From: Flaccisagitta enflata
Taxonomy: Eukaryota
NCBI GenBank assembly: GCA_965153355.1
Contig: OZ231126.1
Coordinates: forward strand, 8,804,001-8,868,000
Length of the DNA stretch: 64,000 bases
Direction: 5' to 3'
Shown: positions 12,890-24,204 of the stretch, in pieces
Layout: the number at the start of each line of letters is the position of its first letter
Position numbering within the stretch: the first letter of the stretch is position 1
The notes under the pieces: generated by a model
Told to the model about the DNA's origin: nothing
Databases searched by the model: none
The model's input: the letters and a program-made list of their open reading frames with translations, nothing else
Translations under genes and position numbers: made by a program

Positions 12890-13715
12890 CTCAGATCTGG
12901 GTTGCAGAGGCCAAACTCGTCAGGCAGGGATAAAGTTCTTAGTTCCCGGACCTGGTTCCCTGTGGCTCAGATTTGTGTTTCAGATGCCACAATTGCTAGG
13001 AAGGGATAAGGTTCTTAGTTGCCTGTACTTGGTTCGCCTTGGCTTTGATCTAAGTTAAAAATGCTAATATTGCGAGGCAAGGATAAAGTTCTTAGATGCC
13101 CAGACCTGGTTCTCTGTGGCTCAGATCTGAGTTTAAAATGTTTAAAAAGTTTAAAATGTTTAAAATGTTTAAAAAGTTTAAAATTGTGAGGCAGGGATAA
13201 GATTCTAAGTTGCCCGGACCTGGTTCTCTATGGCTCAGATTTGTTTCAGAAGCAACAATTGTGAGGCAGGGATAAGGTTATTAGTTTTCTGTTCCTGGTT
13301 CGCTGTGACTCAGATTTGTGTTTCATATGCCACAATGGCGTGGCAGGGATCAGGTTCTTAGTTGCCCGTACCTGGTTCTCTGTGCCTCAGATCTGGGTTG
13401 CAGAGGCTAAACTTGCGAGGCAGGGATAAGGTTCTCAGATGCCTAGACCTGGTTCTCTGTGGCTAAGATCTGAGTTTAAAATGCCAAAATTGCGAGGCAA
13501 GGATAAGGTTATTAGTTGCCCAGACCACATTCTCTGTGGCTCAAATCTGAGTTTAGAATGCCAAAATCGGGAGGCAGGGATAAGGTTCTTAGTTGCCTGG
13601 ACCTGGTTCTCTGTGGCTCAGATCTGATTTCCAGATGTCAAAATCGCGATGCAGGGATCAGGTTCTTAGTCGCCCGTACCTGATTATCTGTGGCTCAGAT
13701 CCGGGTTGCAGATGC
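12890..13715. repeat. ~58-60-bp minisatellite
   Basis: Recurrent gaggcagggataaggttcttagttgccc..acctggttctctgtggctcagat units. Confidence 0.85.
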
Positions 13716-14825
13716 CCAAATGACGCGCTTGTGATAGAAAGCGAAGATAGAATGAGTAGCATGAGGAAGAAAGAGAAGAAGGACATGAACTTGTTGATGA
13801 CGGTAATGAAAAAGTGAAAAGAAGGCGGAATGAGTAGGTGGGGGGAGGGAGAGGAGGAATTGGGTGAGGAAGAGGAGGAGGAAGAGGAGGAAGTGGGTGA
13901 GAAAGAGGAGGAAGTGGGTGAGGCAGAGCAAGAGGAGAAACAAGTAGTGGGAACCTCAGCAACTGAGCAATGAGCTTTTTCTTTTCTATGAGCCGTAAAT
14001 GGGCTTCTTCAGCATACTCCTCTTCCTTCGACCCCACATCAGTCTCAACCTCGTTTGTCGTTTTTCTTCTTCTTTTTCTTTTTGCCGTTCTCTTCTTCTT
14101 CTTAGTCTTCTTCTTCTTCTTTTTCTTTTTCTTTTTCTTTTTCTTCTTCTTCTTCTTCTTCTTCTTCGTCCTCTTCTTCTAAATATACGAACAGACAAAC
14201 CCAGTTATTGAGATGCGATGACGCTTCAAAAATAGTAAGGGAGGCCGGAAGGTTTGGTCGATGATTTAAAATAGATTATAGATATGTGGGATTTTTTTTG
14301 AAAAGGTGTAACGGACGGACGGACATGCACACTTATGGACCCTGTCACAGATTTGCGAGGACGCATTTAAAAGAATACAAGAAGATGGGGGTAGGTAGTA
14401 AACCAGAGCTATTAGCCCACAGACCGACTTACAGACCAGCCAAATAGTGGCTGTCAGAGTCGCGTGCACGCAGGTTAAAAATGTTTACATGGTGCAATCG
14501 CACGCAACTCTCGCCACGTCTACTTCTTTCATTTCTGTCTTATGTCCATACTCCGCATTGCCATTACTCATAATCTTCCTTCTCATATGAATGAATTCAG
14601 AGCTTGTGACGTCCGTTAACCAGCCTGTTGCTCTCTCCGAAATGCTCAGATAGACGCAGAGTCCTATCATCGGAATATATTTTGTGAGACGGGTGGTTGA
14701 TTAATGCAAAAACAAGCAATTTATGGGCTTATGGCGGACCTAACTGCCCAATAGCGCATACTGACTTCTGTGGTATGTATTTCCGGACGTATTTCCGGAA
14801 GTCTGTCTGTCTATCCATTAACTCC

Positions 14826-14880
<55 letters not shown>

Positions 14881-14939
14881 TTTATTTTTGCGGCCCATTA
14901 TTCCCTCCCAATTTTGCTGTATCAATGCATCAATGCTAA

Positions 14940-15003
<64 letters not shown>

Positions 15004-17112
15004 TGGTCCGTCCGTCCTACCGTCTGTAGACTGTAGATTCGTCTATGACTGCGTACATCACCATTCTTCATTCCTATGACCCACATTCCATAAATGACCT
15101 TCCCTCGTTCATTTCATCGTTCCCTTCTTTCGTTCATTTATCTATTCATTCATTTATCACCACCTGCGGGGGGCGCACATAGTAACCTAAAGTTGGCTGT
15201 GTCTTGTGAACCCGGGTTCATTGTCCTCTGGGGGCGTCGTAAAGCGACAGACATAAAAAGGTGACTATGAAAAAGAGACGCTGATGACGGAAGCTGCGGG
15301 AGAGGCGGAGGAGAAGCGGAGATGGTGGCAGTGTGGCAGACAAGCGGCGAAGGCGGAAGAGAAGCGGCGGTGGTGGTGGAAAAGCGGTGTTGGTGGTAGT
15401 CAAGCGGAGGTGGTGGCTGAGGGCCGCAGTGGTGCATGATTTCAGCTTTGCCACTCGGACATATGTGCAATGTGTTTCTGGTGGCTTCGTAAGACCCAAT
15501 CTAAAATTCTAGAGACCTAGGACAAGGAGAACTTCTTCCGTACCACACCTTCTGGCTCTTCCTACTCCCTATACATTTCAATACAAATATGGGGTATGGC
15601 ACGGAAGTAAATGTTGTTATCTGATAATGTTTTCCTTTAACACATGAGATGTATATGTGATTGCGCGCTGTTTAATCATATGTCCGAGCGGTAAAGCCAA
15701 AATCATGTTCTATCGCGGCCCCCAGACTGGTGACAGGCAAGTGGTGGAGATGGCAGACAAGCGGTGGAGGTGGAAGAGATGCAGCGGTGGTTGTAGACAA
15801 GAGGCGGGGTGGTGGTAGAAAAGCGGAGGAGGTGGCTGACACGTGGCAGAGGCTTCTGACTAGCGGCTATGAAAAAAAAACGTTGATGACGGAAGATGTA
15901 TTGAGGCGGCAGAGAAGCGGCGTTAGTGGTAGGAAAGCAACGGTGGTTGTAGACAAGCGGAGGAGGTAGCAGACAAGCGGCTTTGGAAAAGAAAAGCTGA
16001 TGACGAATGCTAAATGAAGGCAACAGGGAGGTGGTAAGGAAGCCGCGAGGGTGATAGACAAGCAGCAGAGGTGGCAGACAAGCAGCTATGGAAATGAGAA
16101 GCTAATGACAGAAGCTGCGCAAAGGCGAAAGAGTTGCGGCTGAGAAACGTCAGAGAAGTGACAGAGAAGTGGTAAAAGAAACTAACTAAGAGTAAAAGCC
16201 GCAGTAGTATTCAAAATGGAAACAGACGCTGCAGCAAAAGTGGTTGCAGCAGAGGATCTGACAGTGGTAAACTGTGCAATGGCATTTACGGCAAAAAAAG
16301 GTCGGAGGTAACCGGATCGGCATTTCTGTTGGTAACAGCGTCAGTGTAAGTGTAAGGAATGACGCAGCTCATTCTCCTTTCATGATTTCGGTGGCGCCTA
16401 TTTATTCTCTCCCTCTCTTGCTCCCTTTTTCGATAATTTATTCTCTTTACGCCGATCGTCCATTATGCCCTCACTCACTATCGCTCCGCAAGAATGGTTT
16501 ATTGGTTTATTATGATTATTGGTTTTCACTGACGCTGTTCACCATTTGCAATCTTTATTCGCCAATCGCTTCAGTATACCCTTTCTCACTAATGCTCGCA
16601 CACAGGAAGGAATAGTTTATCACTGTTGGTTTTCACTAACACTGTCCACCCCTCGCAATCATCCTCTGCCAATCGACCGTTGTGCCCTCATTCGTTAATG
16701 CAAGCGCTCTGCAGGTATTGGTTTATAATCATTGGTTGTGACCGACGCTGTTTATCTTTAGCAATCTTCAATTCAGTATACCCTTTGCTTACACGGATTC
16801 CCCTTACTCGCTAATGCTCGCGCGCTGCATGGAATGATTCATAATCAGTTTTCACTGACGCTGCCCACCTTGTCCAGTACTTCCCCAGCTCCGCTGACCT
16901 GCACATACTCTTGCCACACCACATCGAGCAGGGCAACAGGTACTGCTGTCCATTTACAATCCTTGGATGACTGCTGCTCCTTCTGTCAATTCTTGTTTGT
17001 CTGCCTACACATATTTCTCTCTATCTCACCTTTTTTTTGGGGGGGGGTGGTCAATGACTCTGTCACTGAGTTTTTTGCTACCTGACTGCAATGAATCATC
17101 TATCAATCTCAT

Positions 17113-17167
<55 letters not shown>

Positions 17168-17314
17168 ATTCCCACCGGTTGGTTGTTGCATCGGGCAATA
17201 GCTCCAGTGACTGCATAGGGTCTCTTTAGCTATGGTGATTAGCCTCATAAAAGAAGCTCTCTGACTTCTTTTTATTCTGATTGATCGTCTGGAGGAGAGC
17301 AAAAACGGGAATGT

Positions 17315-17420
<106 letters not shown>

Positions 17421-18138
17421 CAGAGACAGAGTCAGAGTAATAGACAGAGTGAGAGAGAGAGAGAATTCACAAAGACATCAAACGATTTTCCATGGTGCCA
17501 ATGGCAACGGCGAGACATCAAAGCCGGAAAAATTGCCAAGACCATCAAGCAGACCCATCAAGTCATGATGTTTCTATCATGTCACAAAAAAAAGAAAAAG
17601 AAAAAAAAGAAAACCCGAGACATCATTGATTTCATTATCTTTGATATGTTTTTACCGACGTATGGAAATCTCTGACGAATGGGATAGTTTTGAAAACAAT
17701 AAAAAACAATGATACCCATTTAATCTACGTAAAACTCATTAATGAATGATGCTTGCGAGTAATTGATTACAAAAGAAACTGTCAGCAATGTGTACTTTTA
17801 CGATGCTTCCAGAGGCTAGAGGGCAGCCATGAGGCCAGAGGGCAGCTATGAGGCCAGAGGGAAACCATGAGGCCAATTAGACCAACAAGCGCGCAATCTC
17901 CACTCCACTGACAAAAGAACAAAAGACGACTTCCAGAAGCGAGATAACAAACGCTACAACCTCAACCGCGTTAACGTGCCAAATGCCGGATCTAGATCTA
18001 AGGCACAAAAATGGCGAGTGTCTTAAACCGAAAACATTTGGGTCAAAATTAGGCCAAACCCCAGAAAAAGGGCAAAAGCCATCACGTGAAAGGAAAAGGT
18101 GTGGAAGTGCCAGTGACAGCGAAATAAAGCTAATGGCG

Positions 18139-18235
<97 letters not shown>

Positions 18236-18249
18236 GGTGTTGTTATTGA

Positions 18250-18343
<94 letters not shown>

Positions 18344-18600
18344 GCTGTTGTTTTGCTGTTGTATTGTTGTTGCCTGTATTGCTGTTGTTGCTGCTGTTGT
18401 TATTGTTGTTGTTGCTGTTGTTGCTGTTTGTTGCTGTTGTCGTTGTCGCTGTCGTTGTTGTTGTTGTTGTTGCTGTTGCTGCTGGTTGCTGTTGCTGTTG
18501 TTGTTGTTGTTGTTGTTGCTGTTGTTGTTGTTGTTGTTGTTGTTGTTTGTTGTTGTTGTTGGTTGTTGTTATGTCGTCGTCGTCGTCGTCGTCGTCGTCG

Positions 18601-18668
<68 letters not shown>

Positions 18669-19310
18669 GAAGTAATTGCTGTTATTGTTGTTATTGTTTT
18701 TGCTGTCGTTGTTGTCGTTGATAGTGATGTTGTCGTTGTTGTTGATTATTTCAGCCACACTCGGCCTTTAGCCTCGTACAACGGCAAAAGTGGCCTTGAA
18801 TCCGCCGCAAAGTCTCGCATGCGGCTTCTAAAGCCGCGGCCGCGATTCACACCTTCAAAGTCGCGGCTTGTTGCCTCCGATCACACATTTCCAGAGCGTG
18901 GCTTAGGGCGTGTTTCTAGTCAAGATGAAAAACGCGATAGTTCCGGTTCAACATGTTTACAGCGTGAACTCATATTCATGAATTTCTACCGTCCGAAGTG
19001 AGTAAGCGAGCGAAGTGAGTAAGCGAGCCCGTGAATGGAGCGAGCTAGCGAATCAAGGGTTTTGAAGCGTAGCACTGCGGAGCGAGTGAGCGGAGTGAGC
19101 GGTGCGAGCGAACAAACGTGGCGATTGTCTCTGACTAAAAACGCCCTCTTAGAAATGTTCCGTTATTTAACCTGCAAAGCGGCTAAACGGGGAAACGGAC
19201 CGTGATCAGAGCAGAGGCCGCCATCCCGCAGTTCAGCCTTGAAACTCTGTACGTGAGCTGGAAACTCCAAAGGCTTAAAAAGAAAGCAGAAAAAAATATT
19301 AATATTAAAC

Positions 19311-19840
19311 TAGTCATCCAAGGATCGCACATGGTCAGCGATACCCGATGCCCTGCTTGGAGTGATTAGCTGAAGAAGCTGAGTGGGAGCAGGGCAGCGG
19401 CCCCAAAGGGCCGATGTCCTGTAGGACACAAGGATGAATTTCCAGACGTCCTGAGAAAGCACATTTAAGGACTGAGTTGATTGATTAGAGAACAGTAATG
19501 AGAAAAGGGATGAGGGCAGATTTGAACCTGAGAGGGTCATTTTGAGGGCTGAATTGAGACCAATTTTAGGTTTGAGAGGTCTGATTTTAGGCTTGAAATA
19601 GTTGATTTTGGGCTTGATAAGGCTGATCTAGTACCTTAGTGGGCTGATTTTGGGCTTGAGTGAGCTAATTTTGGATCTAAAAGGGCTGATTTTGGGTCTG
19701 AGAGGGGTGATTTTTGGACTGAGAGGGCTGACTTGGGGTCTGAGAGGACTGATTTGGGGTCTGAGAGGGCTGATTGGGGCCTGAGAGGGGCCTCGGGGGG
19801 GGGGCGGACGTACGTACGGACGGACGTCTGGAAATTCACC
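19311..19840 (+). mobile_element. Family A element, left part; its right IR is interrupted and resumes at ~27052-27085
   Basis: Left IR complete; 21-bp central repeats; right IR stops at ggaaattcacc (19840); aggacatcggccctttggggccgctgcccaaaaa reappears at 27052. Confidence 0.7.
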
Positions 19841-20218
19841 TGATTGGCTGCAAGATTTACAAAAAAGGAAGCTTCAATCCTGTTCTAGAACATTCCAAAA
19901 CCGGATTGAAGGCGGCTAAAAGTTATTGCATCAGCCCAGCTTGAGACGCTCTCATTGGCTGGGCTCTCTACTCTGATTGGCTACAGGAATCTCAAATTGC
20001 CAGCAATAATCCACTTGGCAAAACTGCCAAGGATAATCCGGTTCGTAAACGATCGTCCTATTCTTGTAACGGGTTAGATAGTGGAAAGTGTTACAACACA
20101 TATGAAGATTCAAGCTCTAGAAGCAAAATGCTGAATCTGCTATTAGAATCTACTTGCATGAAAATGACCTCCCGGATTGCCAGCAATAATCCGGTGGAGA
20201 AAGTTGGTGAAGCCTACA
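19841..20218 (-). repeat. Putative 3' LTR of the Gypsy element (probably truncated)
   Basis: Begins TGTAGG directly after the PPT on the minus strand; several AGCCAAT boxes; no second copy seen in the window. Confidence 0.6.
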
Positions 20219-20430
20219 TGCCCCCCAGATAATAAGACGTGATAATGCGGAAAATTAAGTAAGCGTAAGCACGGATTAATATCTTTAAACGCGTAAGGCT
20301 ACATCAAGGTGATTCGGCGTGATTCGGGTTGGAAAATTGTATATGCTGCATCAGAATTACGTATTGAACGGCATCTACATAACGCATGAGGAATAAAAGC
20401 AATATTCGTAAAATAATGTACGAAATAACA

Positions 20431-23400
20431 TCACGAGGACAAATGATCATGTATTAAGTTGAACAATGCGTTGACGTCTGGGCGCCTTCGACGATGAGAA
20501 AAGTTGCCCGGTTTTGGGTTTGAGAAGAAACGAGGGGGTACGGATGACGGTTGATCGTTGTTGCTTTGCGGAAAGTGGACTGGGCCACCACGATTTGAGA
20601 AGTTTCGTTCGTTTTGAGTTGTGAAGCGACGTGTAGTAGGAGCAGGAAGACAGGGGCCGGCCGGTGGATCACATGGGCAGGCCGCCAAGTTTTCGTTCGG
20701 CGGGGTGTGGCCATCATGTGGATCGGGGACCTCAGGACCAGACGGTGCGGGAGGCACCGGGATTGCGACTGGAGGTTGAGAGACTTGTTCGTCGTTCTCT
20801 TCATCGGAGTCTGTCGGCCAGTTGCGAAGTCGCCGTAGCCTGCTCAGATATTCATCCTCTGAGTCTTCCTCGATCACATCCAACTGAGCTTGAGCTTGAG
20901 CTGATGTACCCTCTCCAGGGTCGTATGCTAGCGGGTCAGGCTCGGTGACTGACGCTCGACTGCTTTGGCGAGTGACTCGGCTGGACGGTTCCGGCTGTTG
21001 AGTGCGTGGACCAGGTCGTCGGCCGGGAGGCGGAGGAGAGGGAGGAACGTCGTCGCTGAGATTCTGGTTTTCGTCGTCGTCTGCTACGTGTGCAGGTTTT
21101 ACTCGAGAGAGGGCCACAGTTTCCGTTCCTCTTCCGGGTATCTGGACGTCGAAATTTTGATTGTTTCGATCGATGACCCTAAATGGGCCCTCGTAAGGTT
21201 GAGTGAGGCCGGGTTGCACGCCGCCGCGACGAATAAACACGTGAGTTGCGTCGTCCAGCTCGCCTGGCAGATAAACGGCTGGGCGTCGGTGTGCCGAGGT
21301 TGGTTTTGGCTGGAGACGTTCCACCTCCATTCTCATGTGTGCGAGGAGGTTTTGTTGTCTGCGGAGCAGTTCCTGGTCGTCGAGGTCTTCGTTGCCGAGA
21401 ATTTCTCCTGGCACTGCCAAACCTTCTCCGTAGACCAAGTCGGCCGGTGACGCTCCAACGTCTGGTTTAAACGTAGTTCGAATGGCTAGTAGCACCATTG
21501 GGAGGCGCCAATACCATTGGTCGCGCGCGTCTTCGCAGAGAGCCACTAGGGACTCTTTCATCCGTCGATGTAGCCTTTCAACTAGGCCATTTGCCTCTGG
21601 GTGGTAGGCGGCGGTTTGGTGATTTTCGATGCCCCATGTTTGAAGAAGTTGGCGCCATATTGAGGACGAAAATTGGGAGCCGCGGTCTGTTGTGATCGCT
21701 TTTGGTACGCCGTAGGCCGATATCCAACCGTGGGCGAGAGCGTCGACTACAGATTCTGCCGATATGTCAGGGATTGGGATAGCCGCTGGCCATCTTGTGA
21801 ATCGATCTGTGATTGTAAGTAGGTTTGTGAAGCCATTTGAAGGTGGGAGTGAGACAATATCGACGTGGATATGAGAAAAACGGCGGTTGGGTACTTCAAA
21901 GTGCCCGATTGGCGGAACGACGTTTCGTTGTACTTTGGAACGTTGACAACTGACGCACTGTCTTGCCCAGCTGGCTACGTTTGCCCTCATATTGGGCCAG
22001 ACGAATTTCGCTGATACGGCTTGAACCGTTCGTTGAACGCCAGGATGGCCCAATCCGTGGATGATGTCAAAAATGCGCCTTCTCCATGCTTGAGGGACGA
22101 AAGGGCGTGCTGGCCCATTGCTGATGTCGACGATTATTTCTTGGTTGCCGATGTCAACTTTTTTAAAGTTGAGGCCCGTTCTTGCTTCTCGAGATATGGC
22201 CTGGAAGTCCGGGTCCAAGGGTTGATCGCGGGCCATGTCCTGTAGACTGATGCCGTAGGAATCGATAGATGAGACAACGGCGTTTAGTTCTTCGGTTTTT
22301 TCCGTTGGGATGGGTGTGGAGTCAGGAGAGGTTGGCGGGTCTTCGTTGGGGCGCGAGAGTTGGTCAGCTACGACGTTGGCTTTACCTTCCAGGTATTCGA
22401 TTTTCGTCGTATACTCTGCTATGCACGACAATTGATACGTTTGTCGTGCTGTCAGCGGTTCGGATTTTTTGTGAAGAGCTGGCACGAGGCTGTCGTGGTC
22501 TGTGTAGAGGGTGAAGTTTTGTCCCTCCACCATGTGTCGGAAATGACGAATAGCTCTGAAAGCGGCGAGTAGTTCGCGGTCAAACGGCGGCCATTCGGGT
22601 TGTTTACCTTCGAGTTTGGCGCTGAAGAAACCGAGTGGTTCCCATCCCAGGGGACCGCGTTGTTCGAGAACCGCGCCGATGGCCTTTTTGGAGGCGTCTG
22701 CCGTGATGGCGAGTGGAGCGTTGGTGCGCGGATGTCGAAGCATGGCGGCTTTTGCTAAGGCTTCTTTGATGGACTCGAACGACTCTTGGCATTCTTTGCT
22801 CCAGACAAGGACTCTGGCTTTCTCCTTCTTCTTTTTGCCTTTGAGGGCGTCGAAGAGGTGGTAAAGATGGTCTGCGGCGTGAGGGATAAAGCGTCGGTAA
22901 TAATTCACCATGCCAAGGAACCTTTGGAGTTCCTTGATGGTGGTGGGTCGCGTTTGCTTTCTGATCGCTTCGACGCGTTCGGGTAGTGGGGAGACGCCAT
23001 GTTGGTCGACTTTGAAGCCGAGGAAATCGAGGGAAGGTTTTCCTAGGACGCATTTGCTGCGGTTGATCACGAGGCCGTTGTCGTCGAGAATTTCGAAGAC
23101 TCTTTTCAGGTCTTCCAAGTGTTGCTGAGGCGTTTCGGAAGCGACGAGGATGTCGTCGATGTAGACGAAAGTATGCGGCACCTCACCCAGGATCTCATCC
23201 ATGAGTCGCTGAAAGTCTTGGCCCGCATTTTTGAGGCCGAACGGTGTGCGGGGAAAAAGATAGAGACCAAATGGGGTTATGACGCCCGTTTTCTTAACGT
23301 CTTCTTCGTTGACGGGAATTTGGTGATATCCTTTTAACAAGTCGATTTTGCTGAATATCTTTTTTCCAACGAGGTCCGAGTTGAAATCAGTGAGGTTTCG

Positions 23401-24204
23401 GACTGGATATTTATCATCCGTTGTTTGAGTGTTGAGACGCCTATAATCTCCGCACACCCTCCACCCGCCGCAGGGTGTAGAGTCGGTGCATTTGCATGGG
23501 CTGAGGCAAGGTTTTTTCGCGACCATCAATGGCGAGGCCCATTCGCTCTTGCCGCGCTTGCATACGCCGAGTTTGCATAATTTGTCAATTTCCGCCTTTG
23601 CTACTGCAAGTTTGTCAGGCGCGAGCTTCCGAGCTCTGTTTTGGATCGGGTGGCACTGCGTCGGGATGTAGTGCCGCACTCCGTGCTTTGGCTCTTTGAT
23701 TCGGAAGGATGGGATTGAGAGTTCGGGATATTGGTCGAGGAGTTTGAAGTAGTCGCTTTCTTTTTGGCTGACAAAATTGACGCGTGTTTTTGCGGATTTG
23801 GTATCGAAGTCTGCCTCGAGGGTTTCGAACGTTTGGAGGTTGATAAGACAACCGTCGCGGTGATTTGGGGCTAAGTAGAAATGAGCTAAGAAATCGGCGC
23901 CGATGATAGCTTGTTTGACGTCTGCGATCATAAAATTGAATGTGTATACCTTGTTGCCCAAGGTAACTCGATGACGGGTTGTACCGTAGCACGGTATGGG
24001 AGTGCCGTTGGCGGCAGAAAGCTTGGTCCCATTAGGACCGTTTTTTCGTTGGGCTGGGAGAGGAGGAAGGATGGAGAGGAGGGCTCCCCCGTCGATGAGC
24101 CATCGGATTTTTGTTTTCGGATCTTGCACGTAGAGTAAGTCTCCCAGTCCATGTTCGCGGGACGCGGCGGAATTTACATCCGGCGTCCCGCCGTTCCGTT
24201 TCCC
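20431..24204 (-). CDS. pol: Gypsy Pol polyprotein (protease, RT, RNase H, integrase, Pro-rich C-terminal extension), reached by -1 frameshift
   Basis: PR LIDGGA..IIGADFL; RT WASPL, DYRRLN, KIDLLKGYHQI, PFGLKNA, YIDDILV; RH TADAS, DRELLA, YTDH, VADQLSR; IN H..H..CVSC, HVDI, TTDRG, NGLVERLH; GPY/F-like QPYEGPFRV. No internal stops. Confidence 0.96.
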   Translation of the reverse strand, partial: GKRNGGTPDVNSAASREHGLGDLLYVQDPKTKIRWLIDGGALLSILPPLPAQRKNGPNGTKLSAANGTPIPCYGTTRHRVTLGNKVYTFNFMIADVKQAIIGADFLAHFYLAPNHRDGCLINLQTFETLEADFDTKSAKTRVNFVSQKESDYFKLLDQYPELSIPSFRIKEPKHGVRHYIPTQCHPIQNRARKLAPDKLAVAKAEIDKLCKLGVCKRGKSEWASPLMVAKKPCLSPCKCTDSTPCGGWRVCGDYRRLNTQTTDDKYPVRNLTDFNSDLVGKKIFSKIDLLKGYHQIPVNEEDVKKTGVITPFGLYLFPRTPFGLKNAGQDFQRLMDEILGEVPHTFVYIDDILVASETPQQHLEDLKRVFEILDDNGLVINRSKCVLGKPSLDFLGFKVDQHGVSPLPERVEAIRKQTRPTTIKELQRFLGMVNYYRRFIPHAADHLYHLFDALKGKKKKEKARVLVWSKECQESFESIKEALAKAAMLRHPRTNAPLAITADASKKAIGAVLEQRGPLGWEPLGFFSAKLEGKQPEWPPFDRELLAAFRAIRHFRHMVEGQNFTLYTDHDSLVPALHKKSEPLTARQTYQLSCIAEYTTKIEYLEGKANVVADQLSRPNEDPPTSPDSTPIPTEKTEELNAVVSSIDSYGISLQDMARDQPLDPDFQAISREARTGLNFKKVDIGNQEIIVDISNGPARPFVPQAWRRRIFDIIHGLGHPGVQRTVQAVSAKFVWPNMRANVASWARQCVSCQRSKVQRNVVPPIGHFEVPNRRFSHIHVDIVSLPPSNGFTNLLTITDRFTRWPAAIPIPDISAESVVDALAHGWISAYGVPKAITTDRGSQFSSSIWRQLLQTWGIENHQTAAYHPEANGLVERLHRRMKESLVALCEDARDQWYWRLPMVLLAIRTTFKPDVGASPADLVYGEGLAVPGEILGNEDLDDQELLRRQQNLLAHMRMEVERLQPKPTSAHRRPAVYLPGELDDATHVFIRRGGVQPGLTQPYEGPFRVIDRNNQNFDVQIPGRGTETVALSRVKPAHVADDDENQNLSDDVPPSPPPPGRRPGPRTQQPEPSSRVTRQSSRASVTEPDPLAYDPGEGTSAQAQAQLDVIEEDSEDEYLSRLRRLRNWPTDSDEENDEQVSQPPVAIPVPPAPSGPEVPDPHDGHTPPNENLAACPCDPPAGPCLPAPTTRRFTTQNERNFSNRGGPVHFPQSNNDQPSSVPPRFFSNPKPGNFSHRRRRPDVNALFNLIHDHLSS
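24157..24204 (-). promoter_or_regulatory. -1 programmed ribosomal frameshift signal
   Basis: In-frame slippery heptamer G GGA AAC (24204-24198), 6-nt spacer, then a stem-loop with a perfect 9-bp GCGGGACGC/GCGTCCCGC stem. Confidence 0.85.

Noticed and set aside
12890..13715. Regularly spaced repeats as a possible CRISPR array (also 44.4-45.6 kb)
   Set aside because: Units are contiguous tandem copies without unique spacers; eukaryotic context and no cas genes.
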